From assembly GCF_018350175.1 (NCBI RefSeq), contig NC_058368.1, forward strand, positions 171,866,001 through 171,930,000: DNA of 64,000 nt, in the 5' to 3' direction. The position numbers were made by a program, and so were the translations under genes. This DNA is from Felis catus (Eukaryota). A model generated the notes under the pieces. It did no database searches. It was not told the origin of the DNA and saw nothing but the letters and a program-made list of their open reading frames with translations. Of this stretch, positions 48,595 to 59,859 are shown piece by piece. Each line of letters opens with the position of its first letter. The first letter of the stretch is position 1.

Positions 48595-49030
48595 GGTTGC
48601 CGGGGAAAGGCGCGATATGGGCGCACCCACCAGCACTAGGTGCGGGCTAGGGCTCGGCTGCCGGGCAGTGGGGCGGGGCTTGGTGCCCTACTGCGGAGTG
48701 CGGAGTGCGGGTCTGGAAACCGAGCGTGAAGCAGCTGTGTAATCCTCTGGATGCGGACCAGGGCGCTCCTCATTCCCGTCGGGGACCTGCTGATTGGCTG
48801 GGCGTGGGCTCACGTGACCGACATGTGGCTGTATTGGCGCAGCCCGCCTGGGTGTCACTGGAGACGGAATGGAGGTGCTGCCGGGCTCGGAAATGGGGTA
48901 AGTGCTGGAGCCACGATAGCCTTGCTTGCTGCGGGGGGAGGGGGACGCGGTTTTCCCTCGCACTGTCTGAAACCGGTGGCCTTTCCTTGGCACAGGGTCT
49001 ATTGCCACATGCCAAGCCAGGAGGCAGGGG
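48595..49030 (+). promoter_or_regulatory. Small CpG island / probable Pol II promoter
   Basis: About 30 CpGs in 48601-48960 against a CpG-depleted background and outside any recognisable repeat; GC box GGGGCGGGGC 48670-48679; ATTGG 48793-48797 and 48833-48837; GGGCGTGGG 48800-48808; TCACGTGA 48810-48817. Confidence 0.8.
48840..48897 (+). other. Candidate short first exon (start approximate)
   Basis: Consensus donor GG|GTAAGT at 48898-48903 just downstream of the promoter motifs; in-frame ATGs at 48869 and 48893. Confidence 0.5.
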
Positions 49031-51409
49031 CGTCTCCCCCCTTCCCCCCACTGCAGCACAGGAGATGGATTTCCTGTGCTTCTGATCCTGGGTTTTTGAC
49101 AGAAGAGGAAGAAGGGGGGAGGGGTAGGAGTCTTAAGGGGAGTCTGGTGAGAAAGCTGTTTTTGAAGCTAGAGGAGGTTTTGTTTTTATAATGCCTGTTG
49201 ACAGAGTGCAATAACAGTATCTAAGGAAACGGGTAGAGGACAACAAAGAATGGAACATATTCATGGCGAGGAGCAAAAGCTCTAGCCCATTGAAAGGCTT
49301 TTTTTCCTCCCTGGCCACAAGGACATATGCAGTGGTAGCCAAGAGAGGGGATACAAAGCTGCTGCTGATGGCTGATGTGAATCTAGTGGACAGGGCTACT
49401 TCACAGAGGAGGAAGGGGAGGAGGCAGATACTGCAGAGCTTGAGTGATGGTTTTGGTTGATTGGAGAAATTTTGGTCACCAAAGTGCCTGCTTTTGCAAC
49501 ACATCTAAATGAACAGTAGTCTCTGAATAGGGTGGCAAAAAGATACCAGCGTCTTTGTTAGTTACAAGTCGAAACGGTAGTGGCATTTTGTAGATGACTG
49601 CAGCAGTGCTCTTCTCCCTCTGTTAGACTGAAAAGACAACTGCAGAGGAATAAGAAACCTTGCAGCAATGCTGGTGGTAGAACTCCTTTTACAAGAAGCC
49701 ATAGTTTATAATTGTAAACTGAATAGGAGAAAAAAAAATACTTAATTTTTTAAAGTAGGAAAAATACCAGGCTGTGAATGTTTTGGCATTGGGATGTATC
49801 AGACACTTGATTCTACATCATAGAAGAGATGTTCAAATTCTTTCCTTTAACGTAAATCCTATAGGAAATGTTAATAAATTATGTATGAAGCAGTGTGGCT
49901 CTTTTCCTTTGTTAGTGTAGCTTTATGCCATCAACTAGGTTGTTCGAGAATAAATCACTATAATGTGAATTACTTTATGAAAAATTAGTGATAAATTTTT
50001 CATAGGCTTAAGATTTAAGATCTGTATTAATTTTATATTACTTTTGGTTACTTTTAGATATTATTGAATAAACTCCAAAGGTAGATATTTTAAATTAAAG
50101 CACCAAGGTTTTTCTTTTAGATTTATTTGTTTAGTAAACACTCATAAGATATACTCTTGATACAGAGTGTTTTCATTGCACTTATTTTTTTCTTGCTAAA
50201 AACATGTTTTCAGATTAAATATGATTTTAAATACCTTATCTTTATGCATATTATGACAGCCAGCCTGCCACACCTCCCTACTCCCTGAACTGGATGGCAT
50301 TGGCTTTGTAAAGCCCTCGAGGATCAGGGACAGTGTCTCTTAAATAGTGCTTATGTGGTAGAAAGTCTTCTGAGAACCTGTAATTTTGTTTTAGTAATTT
50401 TTTTCAACATATTAAGGAATTGGACTTGAATAAATTAGACTATATAAAGTTTTCACTGATAAATTAAAGCAATTTTGTTCTTTATTTAAACAATTATTTC
50501 TACTTTAAGAATTATTTGATCATGTATATCAGGGTTAATAGTCCTTAAGATCTCTTTTTTAAATCTGATGGAAACTGCAGCTAGAATTAAAGATGTCACA
50601 TTAAAGTTGCAAATGACATTTACTAGCTAATACCAGTCATTTCTTTGAACCTCAGTTAGCATAGTCTTTGGGAGTTTATGATTATCTTATTTTACTATTT
50701 AAATACCTCGGTGTAGCATTATTTTCATTTTAAAGTGTTAAGAGTATTCTTAACTATGTTGTGACTTTATCCAAGGTCATGTATTGTAAAAGGATATAAA
50801 GGACATAGGTCTATAAAATATTTCATAATATCTCTTACTACATAATATACAGAATAGTATGTCATAGAAATTATTTGAAAAGTAATATGTCATTGACAAA
50901 TTATTCATTAAATGAAAAATAAATCTTACTTGGTTTTGAGTTTCTAACCATGATAGAAGAATGCTTTGTAAAATATCTGCTAGCTAAGCAAATGGAGAGA
51001 CAGCAGTTTTCATAATGACATTCATAACATCTTTTTTTTAAAAAGAGCATCTCATTAATCATATGCACACTTTTAAATAGAATAACATCAAATTTTAGTA
51101 CTTTCTGGAATTAAATAAATAAATTAAGAAAAGTTGATTTCTTTCCTCTTGTGGTGTGAAATACCTAACATAAGACTGAACTGTTGATTTTTGTGGTCTT
51201 TGAAATTGAACTTTAAGGAATTCAAAAGTTAAATATTCATAAATATGCCTGAGAACTGAATCAAAAGCTATTTATTGACGCTGTGTGGATTTTTGTCCTA
51301 TCATTTTTCTCTATTTTTTAGTGTCATTAATTACACATAATTTAACCAGTCTTTTTATATTAAATGTTATCCTTAATTTCTTAATTTTGACCTTCCCCCT
51401 TCCTGCTCC

Positions 51410-51410
<1 letters not shown>

Positions 51411-51469
<59 letters not shown>

Positions 51470-51470
51470 T
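51411..51470. repeat. (CTTT)15 microsatellite
   Basis: Direct read. Confidence 0.98.
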
Positions 51471-52159
51471 CCAATCTGAGTGGAATATTACTTAGCCCAC
51501 AAGATGAGATAGAGCACTTTGATATAGAGAAGATGAATAGTACTCAAGGGAGTACATTCACTACATATTTGAGTACCTACTAAAATGCCAGACCTGTAAA
51601 ATGTACTGGAGAATCAAATAAAACATGGAAACTTACCTCCAAAAAACAGAACTAAGTGAAATGTCATTGCTAGTTAAAGACTGATTGCTTTGGCTACTCC
51701 TAGGATCTTTAAGGGTTTATATCACCTAAAGTATCTTCTAATTTAGAGAAATTGGTAGTTTGCGATTTGAAACACCATGCTTTATAAAATCTGATTGGAA
51801 TCACAGATGATTCTGAAAAAATTACTTTCAAATATTAAGTGTCTTGACTATAAAGTGAGAAGTTTGGATGAAATGATTTCTAGATCTTCTAGTTCTAATA
51901 GTCAATAATCTGTGGTTCTTGATTTCTGTCGGGTCAGCTTCTAGAAGGAAAGGTACACCAGCTCTTATTTTGGTATAGGTGGCTTCTCACATATCAGGTA
52001 AAAGATACGTTCTCAAAAATTATTTTTTGTAAATCAAATCATGACATCATCAATCCATATGGGGCAAGCCTTATCCCCTTTATTCCCACACCCTACACCC
52101 ACTCCCTTTTTACGCACTCATTCAAATGCGTTCTTAAACATGCATCAGTTCTTGTGAAA

Positions 52160-52360
52160 TAGTTAGCATGTGTCGTAACTCCCTAACTTTTTAAGGCTGA
52201 ATAATATTGTATGTATACCACATTTTGTGTATCCATTCATCTGTGAGTGGACTCGGTTTTCTTCCATCTTCAGGTATTGTGAATAATGTTGCTGGGAAGG
52301 TGGGTGTACAAATAATCTCTGAGTCCCTGCTTTCATTCCTTTGGGGTATGTACCCAAATT
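52160..52360 (-). mobile_element. Old L1 (L1MB-like) 3' fragment
   Basis: TTTTAAGGCTGAATAATATT...CACATTTTGTGTATCCATTCATCTG...TTGGGGTATGTACCCA. Confidence 0.75.
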
Positions 52361-52584
52361 TGTTTTTTAATTTACATAATTTTTGAACATTTTTAATTCA
52401 ATACTGTTTTTAAGACCTACATATCTTATTTTATGTCTGTGTAGTTTTTTGTGCTAGCTCTTCTGTATAGTGTTATGTAGTATCTATCATTAGTCCTCTG
52501 GGAGGGTCCTAGGTTTTTTTCAAATCTCTTTTTACCACACACACTGCTACATTGTACATCCTACTACATGACTCTTTATAGACT

Positions 52585-53082
52585 ATGTTAGTTTCATACT
52601 GCATAAAAAGTTACTGCAAATCTTAATGGCTTAAACAGCAAATATTTATTATTTTAGAGTTTCTGTGGAGCAGAAATTCAAAGTGTAGTCTGGCTTACAA
52701 TCTCATGAAGTTGCGGTCAAGATGTCATCCAGGGCTACAGTCATCTGAAGGTTTGACTCAACTGGAGAATCCACTTCCAAGATGGATCTCACATAGCCTG
52801 TTTCTCTTGACTTTTGGCAAGAGGCCTCAGTTCTTTGCCATAGGCCTCTCCATGAAGCAGCTTGAGTATCTTCTTGACAGGGCAGCTGGCTTTTTCCCTT
52901 GATCGCAGAAAGAAAGATCAAGAAGTAAGCCATCTAAGACATAGTTTCAAAAGTCACACCGCTACCATATTTTCTTTATTAGAAGTGAGTCATTAAGTCT
53001 AGCTCACACAAGGGAAGATAAATTAAGCTCTACCTTTTGAAGGAATAGGGTCAAAGAAATTGTAGATATGTTTTAAACTACA
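52585..53082. mobile_element. MLT1 LTR remnant
   Basis: CTTAATGGCTTAAACAGCAA...TCATCTGAAGGTTTGACT...GGAGAATCCACTTCCAAGATGG...TTAGAAGTGAGTCA. Confidence 0.7.
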
Positions 53083-53139
53083 TGGCCAATGAGAAATTTC
53101 AGTGGAATTTATTCCTAGGAGAGGGATCTCTGGATCATA

Positions 53140-53640
53140 GGGCATTTTTTCCTATTGCTGTTGTAACAAATTACCACAAATTTGGTGGTTTGAGACCACA
53201 CATTTATTATCTTACAGCCCTAGAGGACAGAAGTCTAAAATGGTTTTCACTGGTTCAAAATTAAAATAGCAGCAGTACTGCATTTCTTCCAGAGGCTACA
53301 GGGGAGAATCCATTTCCTTTTTTTCTAGCTTCTAGAGGCCACCTCTATTGGCTTGTAGCCCCTTCTTCTGTCTTCATTGTCAGCAGCATATTAAATCTCT
53401 CTCTGACTCTGACCCTTTGTTTCTGTTGTCACATATGCTTTTCTGACTCTGACCCTTCTGTCCCCTTAGAAGAGCTCTTGTGATTACCTTAGGTCCACCT
53501 ATATAATTCAGGAAAATCTCCCCATGTCAAGATCCTTAACTTAATCATATCAAAGTCCCTTAAGCTATGTAAAGTAACACATTCATGGTTTCAGGGATTA
53601 GGATGTGGACATCTTCTTGGGGCCATTGTTCTGTCTACTG
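53140..53640 (-). mobile_element. MLT1 (C/D-like) solo LTR
   Basis: TTTCCTATTGCTGTTGTAACAAATTACCACAAA...CAGGGGAGAATCCATTTCC...CAGGGATTAGGATGTGGACATCTT. Confidence 0.8.
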
Positions 53641-54344
53641 TAGGCATATATACACACAGTTCTTTATTTTTTTTCAAGCTGAAGTTTTGTAGTTTTTTTT
53701 TTTTTAAGTTAGTTATACTAACTTAAAAATGGGAATGAAGGTTACTTTTTTAGGTAAATTCAGATTTTTGAGTACCAGATTTGTTTAAAGTATAGGGTAT
53801 AATGTCACTCATATGGTAAATAAACATAACATTGAAGAGTATTGAAATAATATTCCACCAACTACTTTTAGATTTTTGGTTTTATTATCACTTAATCTAT
53901 GTCAGTATATCACCTACTTCTGATATGGTTTATAATAGAAACGTTAAAGCAACATGGCCTCCTACCTTTTAGGCTTGTTATCATACCATTTCTGTAGCTA
54001 CTCTGTCCAAACCTCTTCTTCCTCACAGTATGAAGTCACCCAACCACAATGTGGTTCCAGACCATATTTATGCTCTTACTTCCCTCTTTTCCCTGATTCC
54101 TCTACACTGGATTTCAGCTAAATTAAATTGCTATCTATTTTCCCAAATATACATCATTTTTCTAACCTCTGAACTTTGATCATGCTGTTCCTTTTTCTGA
54201 AATACTAACCTCTTACCTTTATGTTTGTTACTATTTATGCCATCTTTCAAGTCCCTTCTTAAATGGCTTTTGCATTCTCAATGTTTTTCCTAATTTTCTC
54301 AGCAAGGTATTACTTCCATAGCATTCTATCAAATGTTTTTTAAT

Positions 54345-54560
54345 ACAAATTTGTATTTATTTTTATTTATTTATTTTTTTATTTTTTGAGAGAGAGAAGG
54401 CGTGGAAGGGGGAGGCAAAGGGAGAGGGAGAGAGAATCTTACGCAGGCTCCATGCTCAGCACGGAGTCGGATGCAGGTTCTCAATATCATGATCATGATG
54501 TTATGACCTGAGCCAAAATCAAGAGTTAGATACTCAACCACCTGAGCCACACAGGAGCCC
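54345..54560 (-). mobile_element. Older CanSINE
   Basis: Antisense GCAGGCTCCATGCTCAGCAC...GACCTGAGCCAAAATCAAGAG. Confidence 0.88.
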
Positions 54561-55136
54561 TATATTTGCCCTCGGATTGTAAATAGTTTGCATCTTAGCC
54601 TGGTTCCCCTGTAAGTCAGAATCTTGAGACAAGGCCTTGGATGAAGTACTTTTTTTAGGAAGTGATTCTAGGAATAGAGGGCTAGAAAGAGTTAAGTGAA
54701 AAGGGACAGCCAGAATAAGTGTAGGTTCTCAAGTCAGTTGTCACTTTGGAAAACGGTGGCTTGATCTGTTAGGACTTTCTGAGGAACCACATAGAATTAA
54801 TTATCCAACCATAAAAAGAGTATATATACTAGCTTCCATTCCCCTAGTCAAAGATTGCCCCATCAAACATTCATTCTTTTATCGGTTGTACATGCATGAA
54901 TGTCGGGGACCCATGCTGGGGTGTCTCTAGGACAGAAAGCAAAAGATACCCAGTATAGCTAATGTACAGTCAGTTTACATCTGAAGTTAAAGGCAACCAA
55001 GAGAATGTAAGGTGGTACACAAACATCTGATACATTTGTATACTCACCTGATTTACCCATGCTGCTAGAATACTACTCCTTTGCTAGATAGTAAGATACT
55101 TGAGAATAAGGAATGTTTCAACTCATCTTTCCCCTT

Positions 55137-55640
55137 GCATTGGTCTCATAAGGCTCTTGTGACAGAGTACCACAGACTAGCGGCCTAAAACTGTAGAAAT
55201 CTATTTCTTTACAGTTCTGGAAACTAGAAATCCGAAATCAAGGTGTCATCAAGATTGGTTCCTTTCTGGAGATACTGAGGGAGAATCTATTCCATGTCTC
55301 TCTCCCTAGCTCCTGGTGGTTGCTGGCAATCTTTGACATTCCTTTGCTTTGCAGCTGCCAGTTTTTGCCTCCATTGCCTCCACTGGAGCAAACTCCAGTT
55401 TTTGCCTCCATTGTTACATGGCATTTTCCCTCTGTCTTGGTGATTCCATCTCTTCACTTGGTCTTATTTTAAGGATACCAGTCATTGGATTCAGGGCCCA
55501 CCTTAATCTGTTAAGACCTTATCTTAACTTGATTACATGTGCAAAGACCTGCTTCCAAATAAGGTCACTTTTCAGAGATACTAGGGGCTAGCTACCTGTG
55601 ATTCAATGTATCTTTTTGGAGAACACATTTTAACCTAACA
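55137..55640 (-). mobile_element. MLT1 (A-C-like) solo LTR
   Basis: GTACCACAGACT...ACAGTTCTGGA...AAATCAAGGTGTCA...CAGTCATTGGATT...TTCCAAATAAGGTCAC. Confidence 0.8.
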
Positions 55641-55742
55641 AAATCTCTATATAATATTTGTATGGTGTCTTGTGAATAGTAAATTGTCAAATGTTTGTTG
55701 ATTTCTATTGTATAGCCATAGAGAGAAATCCATCTTACTATT

Positions 55743-55979
55743 TAAAAAAATTTTTTTTTAACGTTTATATATTATTGAGAGAGAGAGACAGAGAGAGAGA
55801 ACGCATGTGCCCATGAGTGGGGGAAGGGCAGACAAAGAGGGAGACACAGAATCCAAAGCAGGCTCCAGGCTCTGAGCTGTCAGCACAGAGCCCGACAGGG
55901 GGCTTGACATCACAAACCACGAGATCATGACCCGAGCCAAAGTTGGACATCTAACCAACTGAGCCACCCAGGCGCCCCC
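55743..55979 (-). mobile_element. CanSINE
   Basis: TSD CATCTTACTATTT. Confidence 0.95.
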
Positions 55980-56160
55980 ATCATCTTACTATTTTAATGG
56001 AAAAGTCATCTTAGACATTCTTTGAACTTGTATCCTCTTTTTCTCTTCCTTGCTCTCCGTGGCTGATAAAGCACTGCTTCAGTTTATTCCTGCTTGTTAC
56101 TTGTCTTTTTGTGGCTGTCACAGAATAAAGCATTTGGGAATTAACAAAAGCTAAGTATTC

Positions 56161-56380
56161 GAGAGGTGGCTGGGTGGCTCAGTCAGTTGAATGTCTGACT
56201 CTTATTTTGGCTCAGGTCGTGATCTTGTGGTCCTGAGATTGAACCCCGCATCAAGCTCTGCACTGAGCATGGAGCCTGCTTACGATTCTCTGTCACTCTC
56301 CCTCTGCCCCTCTCCCCCGTTCATGCTCTCTCTCTCTCTTTCTCCTAAAAACAAAATCTGTCTAAGTGTTCAATAATAAA
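56161..56380 (+). mobile_element. Older CanSINE
   Basis: GGCTGGGTGGCTCAGTCAGTTG head, CTGAGCATGGAGCCTG body. Confidence 0.88.
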
Positions 56381-56709
56381 CTTTGTCTTAAAGGTGGAGA
56401 AAACAAAACTCATCAAAAACTCAGCAGCAGCAGAAAGACTCATTATTGGCTGGAGAGGACAGGAAGATTTTATGTTAAGGCAACAGAACTATGCCTTAAA
56501 CGATGGAGATACTGCAAAGCAGAGGAAAAAAGGAAGGGACATTCAAAAAGGAGACAAATTGTGAACAAAAGTACAAAATAGTCTACACGGGATAATGAGG
56601 AGGGATTTGAGAAGGGTTATATTGAGACTTAGTAGAACATAAGTTTGGAAGTTTGGTAGACTTAACCGATATAACAGGTCATGAAAACCACATAAAGATA
56701 GTATTATAT

Positions 56710-56930
56710 GGTCTTTAAAAGCATGAGCATTAGAAACAGGAGTTTGAAATCTGGCTTAGCAACTTGATTTGTGTTCTTACGAAAATTATTTAGCATTTTG
56801 AAGTCCCATCCCTTAACTCTAAAATGGTGAGTGATAGCTACCTTACAGTTTTGAAGATTAAATGAGATATATATGTAGGGCACTTGTACTACATAGTGTA
56901 TTTTAAGTATGCAATAAATGGTAGACTTTA
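56710..56930 (+). mobile_element. MIR remnant
   Basis: GAGTTTGAAATCTGGCTTAGCAACTT...TAAAATGG...GAAGATTAAATGAGAT...GCAATAAATGGTAG. Confidence 0.7.
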
Positions 56931-57034
56931 TAAATTTCACATACCAAATACACAGAAAAGCACATATAAAGGATTTAAGTGATAGAACTTTTTACACTTT
57001 TTCCTTTTTTAAAATTTCAGTGGGTTATTTCTGA

Positions 57035-58640
57035 AAATTAGTCATGTTCTTGGCCACAAGGCAAACCTTAAAAAATTCTGAATAGTAGCAGTTTTGAGGG
57101 CAACAGTCTCCAGTCTAATAAATAATCAGTTAGTGGCAATAAAAAAATGACTCAAGTCATTTTATACACTTAATAATTGAGAAAGATCTAGTTTCCCCCT
57201 AGATCAAAGAGGAAATCTATTGAAGTTATGAATTGTCAAGAAATAAAAAGGAAAACACTTTATGCTAAAACCTATGGGACATAGCCAAGCTTACACTGAG
57301 AAGAAAATTAATACCCTTAAGTACTTATATTATTAAGATAGAAATTGATAAACGAACATGTAAATAGAGTAAGGAAATAAATGAATTAATATTCAGTTTA
57401 AATAACAAGAACAAAATAAATTAGTTGGAATTAATGTAATTAGTTAAGGATAAATACAGAAATGAGTAAAGTAATAAAGTTGTAGAAAGGATATATAACA
57501 CCAAAAGTTTATTTTTTTGGTAAAGATCAGTAAAACAGACGAAACACTACCAAGTCTGATTAAGAAAACAAAGGACCAAAAGAGCACAAATAAGAAAAGT
57601 GGCAAATTTTTAAATGAGAGAACATATACAACTCTGTGGTAATCCACTTGAAAAGCTAGAAGAAATAATTTACTGGTGAACTATTAATGAATCAAATAAT
57701 AAAAACTTAAAAGGAAAATGCCTAAAAATTATTTACTGAAATCTTAAGAGCAAGACTATAAAATGGTGAAACACTAAACCATTCCTATTAAAATCAGGGA
57801 TAAGATCACTATTCAACGTTATTTTGAAGTTTCAAGCCAACAAGGTAAGGAATGTGTAAATACTGGGAAAGAGACAAAAATTATCTTTACTTATAACATA
57901 TAATTATACCCAGAAAATACATAAGAAAAACTATTAGAATTCATGGGATAATTTGAGAAGGTGGGTGCGTAAGGGATATGTATTAAATAAAATCAGTAGT
58001 TCTTGGGGCGCCTGGGTGGCGCAGTCGGTTAAGCGTCCGACTTCAGCCAGGTCATGATCTCGCGGTCTGTGAGTTCGAGCCCCGCGTCAGGAGCCTGGAG
58101 CCTGTTTCCGATTCTGTGTCTCCCTCTCTCTCTGCCCCTCCCCCGTTCATGCTCTGTCTCTCTCTGTCCCAAAAATAAATAAAAAACGTTGAAAAAAAAA
58201 ATTTTTTTTTAAATAAAATCAGTAGTTCTTACCGGTATTAGCAGTATCTGGCATGGAATGGTGTTTATTCACGGCAAATAAAACAACAACAAAAAACCAA
58301 ATAAATTTGATAGAAAAGGCATAGGAACGTTTCTTGAAAAAAAACTAGAAAATTTGATTGAAGGACTTGAATTATTCATGACAGAGAGGTTAGATTTAGT
58401 ATCATAGAAATGTAATCTGCCTCAAATTAATAGAAATGTAATGCAATAGCACTTCTGAGTATACATGAGAGTTTAGCAAATGATAAGAAATAACATTTCT
58501 GCTCAGTGGAAAGGAAATGTTTTATTTAATAAATAGTGCTGATATAATTGGTTCTCCATATGGGAGACAATAAAGTACTATACTCATACCATATATAAAA
58601 ACAGCAATTCTATATGAATTAAAAACCTTAAAGTAAAAAT
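57035..58640 (+). mobile_element. Ancient, highly degraded L1 ORF2 remnant
   Basis: AAACCTATGGGACATAGCCAA, CATTCCTATTAAAATCAGG, TTTAATAAATAGTGCTG motifs in L1 order. Confidence 0.6.
58005..58209 (+). mobile_element. Young-type felid CanSINE with internal deletion
   Basis: TSD TAAATAAAATCAGTAGTTCTT; CGTCAG joins directly to GAGCCTGG. Confidence 0.96.
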
Positions 58641-59050
58641 AGAGTTTCTCATGCCAGCTAGTAAATTAATCACTGGCATTTATCACCTCTTTCTCCTAAG
58701 ACCCCGTTTAAGTGATAGTAAAAAAAAGTTTTTTTTAAGGTATGTACTTATAATGCCATAGAGTGAGAGGGAACCAAATAGGGATTGCAGCAAATTTCTG
58801 GAAGATGAAGAAATCATGGAAATTAAAAAATGATTGCTAAAAATTAATCGAGGGCCTTAAGACTTCTTAGTTCTCTGTTGTTTCCAGCGTAGCAGGTTGT
58901 TTCCTGTTATTTAAAAGTGAAATACTAATCTTGAGAATTTTTCAGTAGCCTTTGAAACTATCTGGGCTACCTTGGGGTGTTTAAATACCTGAAATTATCT
59001 GGGCTACTTTGGGGTGTTTAAATACCAGAATTGGAAATTCATGTTCTGGG

Positions 59051-59216
59051 CCAGGTGTCAGCAAACTGCCATTGTCTTTGTAAAATAAGTTTTATTGGAA
59101 CATGGTCATGCCCATTTATTTAGGTATTATCTGTGGCTGCTTTTGTGTTAAAAAGGTGATTGTGACAGAAATCTTAGGGCTCACAAAGCCTTTTCAGAAA
59201 ATGTTTGCCAATTCAG
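59051..59216. mobile_element. MER58A-like hAT MITE
   Basis: CAGGTGTCAGCAAACT...AAGTTTTATTGGAACATGGTCATGCCCATT...GAAAATGTTTGCCAATTC terminal inverted repeats. Confidence 0.75.
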
Positions 59217-59446
59217 GTAATTTTGGTGGCCCTCTTGGAGCTTGTCCTTACTGGGAATAGGCTTGGATAGACTCCAGCCAAAGTAAGTAGGCATTTACAG
59301 AATGCCAGGAAAGGAAGGATTGAGCAAAGAATATAGCAGATAGGAAACTGAATATCATCACCTATTGGGTCTTAGTAGAGAATAGGAAGAGAAGTAGAAT
59401 GGAAGATAAGGACCTGCATTGGTTGTTAAATAAAGAGAAAAGAATT

Positions 59447-59660
59447 GGGTGCCAGGGTGACTCAGCCGGTTGAGTGTCCGACTTTTTATTTCCGCTCAGG
59501 TCATGACCCCAGGGTTGTGGGATTGAGCCCCACGCTCGGTTCTGCACTGAGCATGGAGACTACTTAAGATTCTCTCTCTTCCTCTGCTCCTCTTCCCTGC
59601 TCATGTGTTCTCTCTCTCTGTCTCTCTGTCTAAAATTTAAAAAAAAAAATTTTTTAAAGA
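59447..59660 (+). mobile_element. Older CanSINE
   Basis: Head GGGTGCCAGGGTGACTCAG; AGAA(A/G)AGAATT-type repeats flank. Confidence 0.9.
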
Positions 59661-59716
59661 AGAAGAATTAAAAATAGGTGAGGACTCTGCTTGGAATTAA
59701 AACTTTTTTTTTTTTT

Positions 59717-59828
59717 AGGTGGGAGGGAGGGGAGGGTGGGTGATGGGTATTGAGGAGGGCACCTTTTGGGATGAGCACTGGGTGTTGTATGGAAGCCAAT
59801 TTGACAATAAATTTCATATTTAAAAAAA
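59717..59828 (+). mobile_element. Short 5'-truncated felid-type L1 3' end
   Basis: GGGATGAGCACTGGGTGTTGTATGGAAGCCAATTTGACAATAAATTTCATATT + poly-A; TSD AAAACTTTTTT at 59699-59709 and 59829-59839. Confidence 0.88.
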
Positions 59829-59859
59829 AAAACTTTTTTGGTATAATGATTTTTGTATC

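Noticed and set aside
48596..48609. RFX X-box-like GTTGCCGGGGAAAG
   Set aside because: Only one good half-site; too degenerate to call.
48688..49191. Overlapping 93-146 aa ORFs across the CpG island
   Set aside because: Stop-poor GC-rich sequence; they run through promoter motifs and a splice donor and resemble no protein I recognise.
48595..49720. Assigning a gene symbol to the promoter
   Set aside because: No coding exon in the window that I recognise; any name would be a guess.
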